From a virus (taxonomy: Duplodnaviria > Caudoviricetes), in the IMG/VR virus record IMGVR_UViG_3300033067_001273, positions 1 to 37,847 of that record: a DNA stretch of 37,847 bases; one strand, 5' to 3'. Numbering within the stretch: position 1 is the first letter of the stretch; each line of letters starts with the position of its first letter. The position numbers and the translations under genes are program-made. Under the pieces are notes generated by a model. It did not search any database, had not been told where the DNA came from, and was given only the letters and a program-made list of their open reading frames with translations. This document shows positions 16,248-23,836 of this stretch, one piece after another.

Positions 16248-16465
16248 GTGAAAAATTTATGGAAGACCAGAACGGCGTTTATTATAACCAAAAAGACAAT
16301 TCGCTTTGGTTGTTGGAAGACCGTGAAGTTGTTCAATTCATTGACAAAGATTCTTTTAAGATAAGAACAACCACCCAATATCGAGTGACTGGTGGAAGGT
16401 TGGATTCAGCTAAAGGTTGTGTGCTTTATAATAAAAATTTAATTTACATTGGTGCTTTTAAATGA
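16244..16465 (+). CDS. Hypothetical protein (GxYY...YIG family)
   Basis: Coupled ORF; resembles 15014..15217. Confidence 0.65.
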   Translation: MSEKFMEDQNGVYYNQKDNSLWLLEDREVVQFIDKDSFKIRTTTQYRVTGGRLDSAKGCVLYNKNLIYIGAFK

Positions 16466-16632
16466 CCACTTGGCTTGGCGTCAAAGAACTTGCGAAATAT
16501 GTTGGCGTCAGCAAGGAAACGATTTACAGGTGGATTAAGTCGAACAAGATTCCATATTTCAAAGTGGGCAAGCTTCACAAGTTTGATTCAGAACAAATTG
16601 ATATGGCGATTAAAAAAGGTTGGTTGAAATAA
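16462..16632 (+). CDS. Excisionase-family (HTH_17) DNA-binding protein, 56 aa (not in ORF track)
   Basis: MTTWLGVKELAKYVGVSKETIYRWIKSNKIPYFKVGKLHKFDSEQIDMAIKKGWLK. Confidence 0.85.
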   Translation: MTTWLGVKELAKYVGVSKETIYRWIKSNKIPYFKVGKLHKFDSEQIDMAIKKGWLK

Positions 16633-16859
16633 TGGAAAATAATATTATTTCCCCACTTCAAATTGTTCTTGCAAACAGCAAGAGACCTTTAAAAAATAAG
16701 CCAGTCAGTGAACAACAAAATTCCAATATTGATTGGAATACTATTGACGACCTAAATAAGTTAATATCGGCGTTGGACTTCGCTGTTGACAAACTTACAT
16801 CGTTGAACCAAAACTTGGCTGTGAAAAAGATTGAAGAAATTTTAAAACGAAAGGCTTAA
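16632..16859 (+). CDS. Hypothetical helical protein
   Basis: TAATG overlap with the Xis-like gene (track start 16620). Confidence 0.55.
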   Translation: MENNIISPLQIVLANSKRPLKNKPVSEQQNSNIDWNTIDDLNKLISALDFAVDKLTSLNQNLAVKKIEEILKRKA

Positions 16860-16861
16860 TC

Positions 16862-17464
16862 GTGCAAACACCTGAAGGTTTAAATATTGTCGTTTGGGAT
16901 TCTGAAATAAAGAACGTTATCGACGGAACGAATGTCACTTGGACAACGTTCAACAAAATGGGAACTTCAGTCGCTTGTCTTTATGATTATCGTTCAGGTG
17001 ACTATAAAGTTTATATGGACGACAACCTTAGTGAACTTTCAAAAAGACTTTTGGAAGCTGACTTGTGTGTGGGCTTTAACGTTTCTGGATTCGACATACC
17101 ACTTCAGATTAATGACCCAATGAACAAGCTTCAATTCAAGGCTGAACAATTAAAAGTTTTCGATCTTCTTTATTATTCTAGAAAGGCTGTGGGCTGGACA
17201 CCAAGCACAAGATTCCCAAGTGGTTTAAAACTTGACGACCACCTTGAAGGAACCTTTGGGAAAAAAGATATGAAAACAGCGCATGGTTCGCAAGCCCCAT
17301 TAATGTGGCAAGAGGGACGAATTGGTGAATTAATTAGTTATTGTTTGGCTGACGTGAGGCGGGAAAAAATGTTGTTTGAACACGTGTGGGCTGGTCAACC
17401 AGTTATCACACAGACGCATGGTGAACGTTTTCTTGAAAGTCCAAGAAAGGTTCTTGGCCTTTAA
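16862..17464 (+). CDS. RNase H-like (DEDD-type) 3'-5' exonuclease
   Basis: VVWDSE, GFNVSGFD and YCLADV acidic motifs. Confidence 0.8.
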   Translation: MQTPEGLNIVVWDSEIKNVIDGTNVTWTTFNKMGTSVACLYDYRSGDYKVYMDDNLSELSKRLLEADLCVGFNVSGFDIPLQINDPMNKLQFKAEQLKVFDLLYYSRKAVGWTPSTRFPSGLKLDDHLEGTFGKKDMKTAHGSQAPLMWQEGRIGELISYCLADVRREKMLFEHVWAGQPVITQTHGERFLESPRKVLGL

Positions 17465-17605
17465 ATGTTCACGCACAGATTTAACCGTTACATTTTAACA
17501 AGTGGTGGTTGTTCCCTATTCGTTTATTTCGTATTTAATAACGCTTATGCTTCTTTTGCTGTTTGGTTTTACTTATTGTGTCTATGGGAATTGGCTGAAG
17601 TCTAA
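17465..17605 (+). CDS. 46 aa hydrophobic membrane peptide (not in ORF track)
   Basis: ATG directly after the previous stop; MFTHRFNRYILTSGGCSLFVYFVFNNAYASFAVWFYLLCLWELAEV. Confidence 0.45.
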   Translation: MFTHRFNRYILTSGGCSLFVYFVFNNAYASFAVWFYLLCLWELAEV

Positions 17606-17728
17606 AGTTTTCGCCATTCTTCGAAGAACTGAAACCAAGTTATTTGTCCAAGCTTCAATGCCATAATGAGATTTTGCTTCTTAATGTCCATGTAAACTTA
17701 TCGACATTTTTTCGCAAAACTTTAGTGA

Positions 17729-17757
17729 TTGACAACCAATTTTAGTTGACTTAAAAA
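17729..17757 (+). promoter_or_regulatory. Candidate sigma70 promoter
   Basis: TTGACA-17 nt-TAAAAA upstream of the ATPase gene. Confidence 0.45.
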
Positions 17758-17781
17758 GCCCACTCAAAAGAGGTGGGGACC

Positions 17782-18756
17782 ATGTTTAAAAAAGCCGAAC
17801 GAAAACAGGCAAAGCTTAAGCTTGCCATAACGGGACCAAGTGGTTCTGGAAAAACTTATTCCGCATTAAGAATGGCAAAAGGACTTGGTGAAAAAGTCGC
17901 ACTCATAGACACAGAACGTGGGTCAGCCAGTCTTTATTCTTCAGATTTTAATTTCGATGCAATGGAACTTGTTCCACCTTACACGACCTTAAAATATAAT
18001 TTGGCCATAGACGCCGCTGTAAAGGCTGGTTATCAAGTGCTTGTGATTGATTCAATCACTCACGAATGGGCTGGTGAAGGTGGATTGCTTGAAAAGAAAG
18101 AAGCTTTGGACAAAGCTGGAAAAGGAAACTCTTACACCAATTGGGCAACAATCACAAAAGAGCACGAATCTTTCAAAGCGAAAATTTTAAATTCTGAAAT
18201 TCATATTATATGCACCATGCGTTCAAAACAAGAATACGCACTTGCACAAGGTGACAACAACAAGACCACGGTTCAAAAACTTGGAATGGCACCAGTTCAA
18301 CGCGACGGGGCTGAATATGAATTTACGACTGTGTTTGACGTTGGCATGAATCATTTTTGCACCGTTTCAAAAGATAGAACCAAACTTTTTGACGGTCAGG
18401 TGTTTATGATAACTGAAGAGACCGGGGAAGCTTTGAAGACTTGGCTTGAACAAGGTAAGCCAATCCAAATTGAAAAACCAGCCACACCCCCGCCAGCGAA
18501 TGCACAGCCAGCAATTAAATCTATTGTGGCACCTAAACTTATCAATGAACTGGTAAGGCTTGGTGAATCTAAAGGATTTAACCTAGACTTCGTTAAAAAG
18601 TTTATTGTGACCCAATACGGCATTTCAACAATGGCCAACTTGAACCAACTTCAATATGAAGAAATGAAAATCTTCTTTGAAGAAAATAATGCAAACGACC
18701 ACCAAGAATATGAACCAGAACCACAAATTGACCCACAAGACGTTTTGCCTTTCTAG
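17782..18756 (+). CDS. Sak4-like AAA ATPase (phage recombinase)
   Basis: GPSGSGKT, IDTERGS, VLVIDSITHEW, QRDGAEYEF; GGGG SD before ATG 17782. Confidence 0.85.
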   Translation: MFKKAERKQAKLKLAITGPSGSGKTYSALRMAKGLGEKVALIDTERGSASLYSSDFNFDAMELVPPYTTLKYNLAIDAAVKAGYQVLVIDSITHEWAGEGGLLEKKEALDKAGKGNSYTNWATITKEHESFKAKILNSEIHIICTMRSKQEYALAQGDNNKTTVQKLGMAPVQRDGAEYEFTTVFDVGMNHFCTVSKDRTKLFDGQVFMITEETGEALKTWLEQGKPIQIEKPATPPPANAQPAIKSIVAPKLINELVRLGESKGFNLDFVKKFIVTQYGISTMANLNQLQYEEMKIFFEENNANDHQEYEPEPQIDPQDVLPF

Positions 18757-18764
18757 GGGGAATC

Positions 18765-19007
18765 ATGGAAAAAGCCGCAATTATTCAAGACGTGTTTATT
18801 GGAAACCGTGACGTTGGAACGCCTTGCTTGTGGTTCACCACTAAGGACGTTCTTAATGGGCTTTGTTCGCTTCAGGTTCTTACTTGGATTGAAGCGGAAA
18901 GATTGATTAAAGCTTCAGGGCTTTACGACTTCCAAGGTCTTGAAGGCAAGGCTTGTGTGGTTGAAGCTGTCGACAACAAAATGATATTCAAACGATTGGC
19001 CCTTTAA
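18765..19007 (+). CDS. Hypothetical protein
   Basis: AGGGGG SD, 80 aa. Confidence 0.7.
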   Translation: MEKAAIIQDVFIGNRDVGTPCLWFTTKDVLNGLCSLQVLTWIEAERLIKASGLYDFQGLEGKACVVEAVDNKMIFKRLAL

Positions 19008-19060
19008 CAAAAGGGGGTTGATGTAAACAAATAAAATTGTCATTGACTGTATAAACTTAT

Positions 19061-19084
19061 AGCCCGTGGCAACACGGGTTTCTT
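19061..19084 (+). terminator. GCAA-tetraloop hairpin with short U tail
   Basis: AGCCCGTG-GCAA-CACGGGTT-TCTT. Confidence 0.5.
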
Positions 19085-19097
19085 AAACGAGGAAAGA

Positions 19098-19352
19098 ATG
19101 AAACGAAAATTTACGATTGGCCTGTTGGTAAAAGAAAGAAGAACCAAGCTTGGCCTTACGCAAAAAGAAGTGACCGACAAAATGGGTTGGAACACCCCGC
19201 AATTTATTTCAAACATTGAACGCGGAGTTTCACAGCCACCACTTTTTTCAGCCCCTAAGCTTTGCAAGATTTTACAGATTCCAAGATTTAGAATGCGTGG
19301 CGCTTATTGGAATGATTTCAATAAAGAATTCAATAATTATTTTGGAAAATAA
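19098..19352 (+). CDS. XRE-family HTH transcriptional regulator
   Basis: RTKLGLTQKEV..KMGWNTPQFISNIERGVSQPP. Confidence 0.9.
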   Translation: MKRKFTIGLLVKERRTKLGLTQKEVTDKMGWNTPQFISNIERGVSQPPLFSAPKLCKILQIPRFRMRGAYWNDFNKEFNNYFGK

Positions 19353-19355
19353 ACA

Positions 19356-19727
19356 ATGGTCACGCTTGAACAATTTAAAATTCCAAGACCAGCACTAATT
19401 GACCCTTTGTGGAAAATCATTGAGACCAACAAAGAAGGTTTCGCTTGCATGAACACTTTGACCGGAATGGCTGTTATAAGTTCAGTTCACTTGGAAAAAG
19501 ACAATCTTGTTTGGCAACACGTGAGTTGTTCTTTTAAGCACAGGCTTCCAGAATACCACGAGTTATGCGCTGTGAAAGACGCCTTCATTGGAAAAGATAA
19601 GCTGGCCCTTCAACTTTTCGTTCCAGAAAAAGAGCACGTCAACATAATGAAAAATTGCTTGCACTTGTGGTGTTGTTTAAGTGGTCCAAGACCTTGCCCT
19701 GACTTCAGAAAATTTGGTGGTATATGA
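19356..19727 (+). CDS. Conserved phage hypothetical protein (WxHVS...CLHLW family)
   Basis: WQHVSCS..RLPEYHELCAVKDAF...EHVN...NCLHLW. Confidence 0.75.
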   Translation: MVTLEQFKIPRPALIDPLWKIIETNKEGFACMNTLTGMAVISSVHLEKDNLVWQHVSCSFKHRLPEYHELCAVKDAFIGKDKLALQLFVPEKEHVNIMKNCLHLWCCLSGPRPCPDFRKFGGI

Positions 19728-20104
19728 TTCGTGACACTAGTATTGAAGCGTTTCATAAAATTAAAGACGAAGGACTTCTTAGTGAAAAACGTTGGCAAGT
19801 TTATGAAGTTTTATTTCAATATGGACCACTTACTGGAAATGAACTTTTGATTCATTTAAGAAAAAAATATCAAGGAATGCTTGGCAACGCACCAAGCGTG
19901 GTCTCAAGACTTGGCGAACTTAGAGATATGGGTTCCGTTCGTGAGATTGGAAAAAAGATTTGTTCTGTGACTGGAATGACTGTTATAAATTGGGATGTAA
20001 CGGCCAAACTTCCTATAAAGTTGGAACGTGTTGAAAAAATAAAGTGCAAGCACTGTGACGGAACTGGTGAGGTAACACAACAACAAGCAAGGTTATTTAA
20101 ATGA
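19724..20104 (+). CDS. Winged-helix DNA-binding protein with C-terminal CxxCxGxG
   Basis: RDTSIEAF...GPLTGNEL...SRLGELRDMG; CKHCDGTG. Confidence 0.7.
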   Translation: MIRDTSIEAFHKIKDEGLLSEKRWQVYEVLFQYGPLTGNELLIHLRKKYQGMLGNAPSVVSRLGELRDMGSVREIGKKICSVTGMTVINWDVTAKLPIKLERVEKIKCKHCDGTGEVTQQQARLFK

Positions 20105-20631
20105 ACATTGATAAGTTTAGAGGTTGGGTCGGCGAGTTCAGACGTGCGGCTGGTGACGAAAAATATATGAATAAGCACCGGGCCAATTATATTTGGGAAC
20201 AGGCCAAGGGTCTTGACGATTTTATCTTTGAAAGATTCTTTAGAACTTACATTGAAAATGCAAAGCTTCAACCAACAGCCGACGGACTTGAAGGCAAGCT
20301 TAAAAAATTATTAGACCCTTACACCCCACCAGAAAAAGAAGAGACCACGCCAGTCGAGGAAATTGGATTTATTAAAAAAATAAAGGACGAACCAATGCCA
20401 GCACAAACAATCACAGCTAAAAATAAACATGAATTTAAAGCACCCCCCGGCGTTATAATTAGAAAGCGAACATCCTGTTGCGATCATGGCTTGCTTCAGA
20501 CCATAGACAAAAATGGTGCAAAATATTTCTTTCGTTGTTCTAATTGTCAAAATGGCGAATACGCCAAAAATAGTTATCCAAACTTGCCAATGTGGGGACC
20601 AGAATATGAACTCAACTATAAAAAAGTTTAG
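20101..20631 (+). CDS. Protein with loader-like N-terminus and Zn-finger C-terminus
   Basis: N-terminus aligns by eye with 14461..14772; CCDHG...FRCSNC. Confidence 0.6.
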   Translation: MNIDKFRGWVGEFRRAAGDEKYMNKHRANYIWEQAKGLDDFIFERFFRTYIENAKLQPTADGLEGKLKKLLDPYTPPEKEETTPVEEIGFIKKIKDEPMPAQTITAKNKHEFKAPPGVIIRKRTSCCDHGLLQTIDKNGAKYFFRCSNCQNGEYAKNSYPNLPMWGPEYELNYKKV

Positions 20632-21232
20632 TCGACTTACTTTAATAAGTGACACTAAGAAAAGATATGGAAGCCATATAATTGCAAAATATAGATGCAA
20701 TTGCGGAAACATTTGTTTTATTAGAAAATCGCTTGTTAATCTTGGAAAATCCAAAAGTTGTGGGTGTCTAAGGAAAGAACGTTTTAAAAAGTTATTAACA
20801 AAACATGGGTTATCTCGTTCACCTGAATATAGTATAAGAAAGTCTATGGTTGCACGGTGTTATAATAAAAAAAATAATTCATATAAAAATTATGGTGGCC
20901 GAGGAATTAAAGTCTGTAAGCGGTGGCTTAAATTCGAAAACTTCTATAAAGACATGGGGCCAAGACCAAATAAAAGTTTTTCTTTGGAAAGAATAAATAA
21001 TAATAAAGGTTATTCAAAATCTAATTGCAAGTGGGCGACACCTGAAGAACAGGGCAACAACAAAAGCAACTCTGTTTTTTATTTATATAAAAACAAAAAA
21101 ATAACCATTTCAATTGTTTCTAGAATGCTTGGTCTTAATAAAAACACTATTTATAGTCGAATAAAACGAAAGGGCTTAAAAAATGGTGACGCTATAGATT
21201 TATATTTATATAAAGCAATAGGGGCTTTATAA
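20606..21232 (+). CDS. Free-standing HNH homing-endonuclease-like protein
   Basis: CNCG...SKSCGCL...YGGRGIKVCKRW..FENFYKDMG.RP...SLERINNNKGY...NCKWAT; AT-rich (track start 20513). Confidence 0.85.
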   Translation: MNSTIKKFSRLTLISDTKKRYGSHIIAKYRCNCGNICFIRKSLVNLGKSKSCGCLRKERFKKLLTKHGLSRSPEYSIRKSMVARCYNKKNNSYKNYGGRGIKVCKRWLKFENFYKDMGPRPNKSFSLERINNNKGYSKSNCKWATPEEQGNNKSNSVFYLYKNKKITISIVSRMLGLNKNTIYSRIKRKGLKNGDAIDLYLYKAIGAL

Positions 21233-21526
21233 ATGTCAAAAGGTCTTGAATTTTCGGAATATAAAGATTTTTGGAATCTTGGATGCCCTTTTTGTGGGAA
21301 GATTAATAATATTAAAGCAAAAGCATCTCTTTTGACTGAAAAAAATATCCTTTGGGAATGTTTTGCATGTGGTGGCGATTGGGTCACTAAGGTGAAGAAC
21401 GATTTATATGACTCAACAAAGCATGGAAGACCGGAAGAACCACATTCTGAAAACGTTCCAAGAATTGAAGAACAAGCTGGTCCAAAATCCGAACGTAAGC
21501 CGCGAATCACTCGCAAACACAATTGA
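21233..21526 (+). CDS. Small zinc-finger protein
   Basis: CPFC...CFAC; AGGGG SD. Confidence 0.55.
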   Translation: MSKGLEFSEYKDFWNLGCPFCGKINNIKAKASLLTEKNILWECFACGGDWVTKVKNDLYDSTKHGRPEEPHSENVPRIEEQAGPKSERKPRITRKHN

Positions 21527-21608
21527 AAAATTAACCTGGAAACGTGACCAAGAACTTCGAAGACTTGGTTGCACAAACCCTTATGAACTTGGAGTCATGG
21601 ACCTATGA
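21408..21608 (+). CDS. Hypothetical protein
   Basis: 66 aa helical; ATGA-coupled to the next gene; overlaps the previous ORF. Confidence 0.5.
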   Translation: MTQQSMEDRKNHILKTFQELKNKLVQNPNVSRESLANTIEKLTWKRDQELRRLGCTNPYELGVMDL

Positions 21609-21835
21609 GTGACCCTGTAAAACCTGGCGACATTGTTTGTTGTCCTAAGTGTGGAAAAGAGATTGCAAAGGTTGTTAAAAAAATTTGGATTGGAAGCCCC
21701 GTTTCAATTGAAGACATTCAATTTTTTCCTGACATTAAGTTTAAACTAGGTGACCGTTCCAAGTGTCCTGACTGTGAAAACCTTTGGTATTATGCGACCA
21801 GGCTTTTTATTCAAGGCCGTGGTTGGTGTCCTTGA
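21605..21835 (+). CDS. Zinc-ribbon protein (paralogue of 14769..15017)
   Basis: CPKC...CPDC...W; GGAG SD. Confidence 0.7.
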   Translation: MSDPVKPGDIVCCPKCGKEIAKVVKKIWIGSPVSIEDIQFFPDIKFKLGDRSKCPDCENLWYYATRLFIQGRGWCP

Positions 21836-21888
21836 CAAGCCCACTTAAAATTGGTTGATTGTCACCGCGAAGGCACCCACCTCGCATT

Positions 21889-21932
21889 GGATTAACAGAG
21901 AGTTTCTAGACGCTTTGTTAGTCCTTTTTTTT
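21889..21932 (+). terminator. Rho-independent terminator
   Basis: GGATTAACAGAG...CTTTGTTAGTCC followed by T8. Confidence 0.75.
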
Positions 21933-22053
21933 GACCAACTTTTATTCAGACAAAACGCGTCAAAGTGAATGTTTGAATTTTTTCATAAAGAACGGTGAAA
22001 TTGTTCCGATTAGTCTTACGTCCAATCAACCAACCCTTTTCAAAGGAAAAAAA

Positions 22054-22410
22054 ATGCAATTAGTCGACACAGTTCAGTTCACGCTTTCAAGAGACACTGG
22101 AAGTTCACCACAAGATATTCTTTCTAAAAAATATGAAGTTTCAACCGACGCGACTTTATTGACTGAATCAGTTACTTTTGACCAACCATTTCCAGTGGCC
22201 ACCACTGCACTTTCTATGGGAACCATTGCACAAGGCCGTTTCATTTATGTTAAACCAACAAGCGACATTTCAATTATTTTTAACGGTGGCGCTGAACCAA
22301 TCGTGTTTAGGGCTGGAAAAGTTTCTAAAATGTGGATTAACTTCACAGCCGCAAGCGTTGTTGTGAGTGGCGCCCCTGTTCAAGTGAACATTGTTATTGC
22401 TGGACAATAG
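22054..22410 (+). CDS. 118 aa all-beta protein, virion-decoration-like
   Basis: AAAGGA SD before ATG 22054; Thr/Ser/Val-rich; own terminator (track start 21931 unlikely). Confidence 0.7.
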   Translation: MQLVDTVQFTLSRDTGSSPQDILSKKYEVSTDATLLTESVTFDQPFPVATTALSMGTIAQGRFIYVKPTSDISIIFNGGAEPIVFRAGKVSKMWINFTAASVVVSGAPVQVNIVIAGQ

Positions 22411-22434
22411 TTTTTAAATATTATTCGACTCCGT

Positions 22435-22467
22435 GGGGTGGCGAAGGATTGTCACCCTTTTTTTTTA
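22435..22467 (+). terminator. Rho-independent terminator
   Basis: GGGGTGGCGA-AGGA-TTGTCACCCT followed by a T run. Confidence 0.8.
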
Positions 22468-22535
22468 TTAACAAGTCCAGATTCAAAAAAAACTTTTTAT
22501 TTTGACTTTTTGTGTTATCGTGAAAGCATGGCGAA

Positions 22536-23063
22536 ATGGAAAGAGTCACCGACAAAATCCAGGGCCAGGTCCGCGACGCACTTACGTCTAGTCGACCGCT
22601 GTTTCATGCAAGAATTGAAGTCGGAAACCACGTCGTCAAAAAAAACGGAAAAACAATCAAACAACGAAGAAACAGGGCTGGCGGGTTCCAAAAATATATC
22701 GGGAACACGCAAGCCCAAATTAATGCCCAAGACTTTCTGGTGTTGGAATTGCGCCGACGAACCGCTGATATTGGTTTTGGTGAACCACTCACTAATTCGC
22801 TGTGGGCTATGTTCTTGTTTTTCTATCCAAAGGACCGATTCTTTACAAGAGACGGAAAATTAAGCCGAAAACTTCCTGACCTTTCAAACCTCTATGAACT
22901 TCCACAAGACGCACTTCAAAAAGCTGGCGTCATTAAAAATGACAACCTTATTCGGTCCCATGATTTAAGCCGCATTCTTCCAAGCCCTGACGAAAACCAT
23001 TATGTTGAAATTTTCCTTATGAGTTACGATGAAAGCAAGGAACTTGAACAATGGAAAAAATAG
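22536..23063 (+). CDS. rusA: RusA-family Holliday junction resolvase
   Basis: PDLSNL....QDALQKAGVIKNDNLI, a variant of the RusA DxDN...D..L..aG...DD motif. Confidence 0.75.
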   Translation: MERVTDKIQGQVRDALTSSRPLFHARIEVGNHVVKKNGKTIKQRRNRAGGFQKYIGNTQAQINAQDFLVLELRRRTADIGFGEPLTNSLWAMFLFFYPKDRFFTRDGKLSRKLPDLSNLYELPQDALQKAGVIKNDNLIRSHDLSRILPSPDENHYVEIFLMSYDESKELEQWKK

Positions 23064-23320
23064 ACCTTATTTGGCAAGTTGGAACGGCTATTGGTGGCAC
23101 AACCCTAGTCTTAATTGGTGGATTGATTGGGTGGGGTGGTAAGAAACTCATAGAAGCATTGTGGGCCGCCGTGGTCGCTGTTCAAGAACTTAAGGTTGAA
23201 ATGAAGTTCCTATATGAACGCACAGAAAAGATTCCTAGAATGGAACACGATATAAATGAACTTCATAAAAAAACTAGAAGCCACTCGCAACAAATACTGG
23301 ACTTGAAGGGTGAAGACTAA
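23051..23320 (+). CDS. Single-TM plus coiled-coil protein (holin/antiholin-like)
   Basis: Gly-rich hydrophobic N-terminal helix followed by heptad repeats. Confidence 0.55.
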   Translation: MEKIDLIWQVGTAIGGTTLVLIGGLIGWGGKKLIEALWAAVVAVQELKVEMKFLYERTEKIPRMEHDINELHKKTRSHSQQILDLKGED

Positions 23321-23333
23321 ACCCCGATTCTTA

Positions 23334-23453
23334 GGGTGTTGGGGGTGGGACCTTTGTTGTTCTATGACACTTATTTGTAAGCTTGATTTTAAACTCCATT
23401 TTCAATCAAGCTGGACCCGCTGCTCCTGTGGGTCTTTCCCACCCCTGACACCT
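23334..23453 (+). ncRNA. Candidate ~120 nt four-way-junction structured RNA
   Basis: 17-bp closing stem plus three internal hairpins; all non-canonical pairs are G-U on the plus strand; U-rich 3' tail. Confidence 0.55.
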
Positions 23454-23494
23454 ATTTTCTTCCCCAAGTTATAAGGCACTTTTTTCTTGTGGAT

Positions 23495-23836
23495 TTATTT
23501 TCTTGGAATTAATGCAAAAATAATGACCCCAACAATCACCCCACCCGTAAACAATAACGCGTCACGTTCTAAATTCATTGGCGGTGAACCTTGCTTTGTG
23601 AGTTCCTCTTCAAGTCGTTTTGAAAGATAGTCTCTTTGGTCCACCGCCGTTGTATATTCAACGTAACGAAGTGGGGTGGTAAGAACACCGTCGAACGGCG
23701 CTTGGTGGCCATAACTAAGTTCTACATCGTCAGGGCCATAGTTTATTTCATCGTCCGCGAAAACGGGCGTTGTTGCGTTTAATAAGGTCAGAAAGAGGCA
23801 CAGTCTTGTTACCTTGTGCAATTTCTTTGAGGTCAC
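23495..23836 (-). CDS. Exported protein with C-terminal TM (spanin-position gene)
   Basis: Signal-like ...TPVFA-DD, APFDGVL, short coiled coil, C-terminal hydrophobic helix; overlaps the upstream gene. Confidence 0.6.
   Translation of the reverse strand: MTSKKLHKVTRLCLFLTLLNATTPVFADDEINYGPDDVELSYGHQAPFDGVLTTPLRYVEYTTAVDQRDYLSKRLEEELTKQGSPPMNLERDALLFTGGVIVGVIIFALIPRK

Noticed and set aside
20513-21232. Group I intron around the HNH endonuclease
   Set aside because: Flanking ORFs look complete and abut it directly; no room for, or sign of, intron core elements.
22438-22863. 141 aa overlapping ORF with two CxxC-like motifs
   Set aside because: Starts inside a terminator hairpin and overlaps the well-supported RusA frame.
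23334-23453. tRNA gene
   Set aside because: Cloverleaf-like topology, but stem lengths are wrong and there is no TTC-containing T-loop, D-loop GG or CCA end; kept as an ncRNA candidate.
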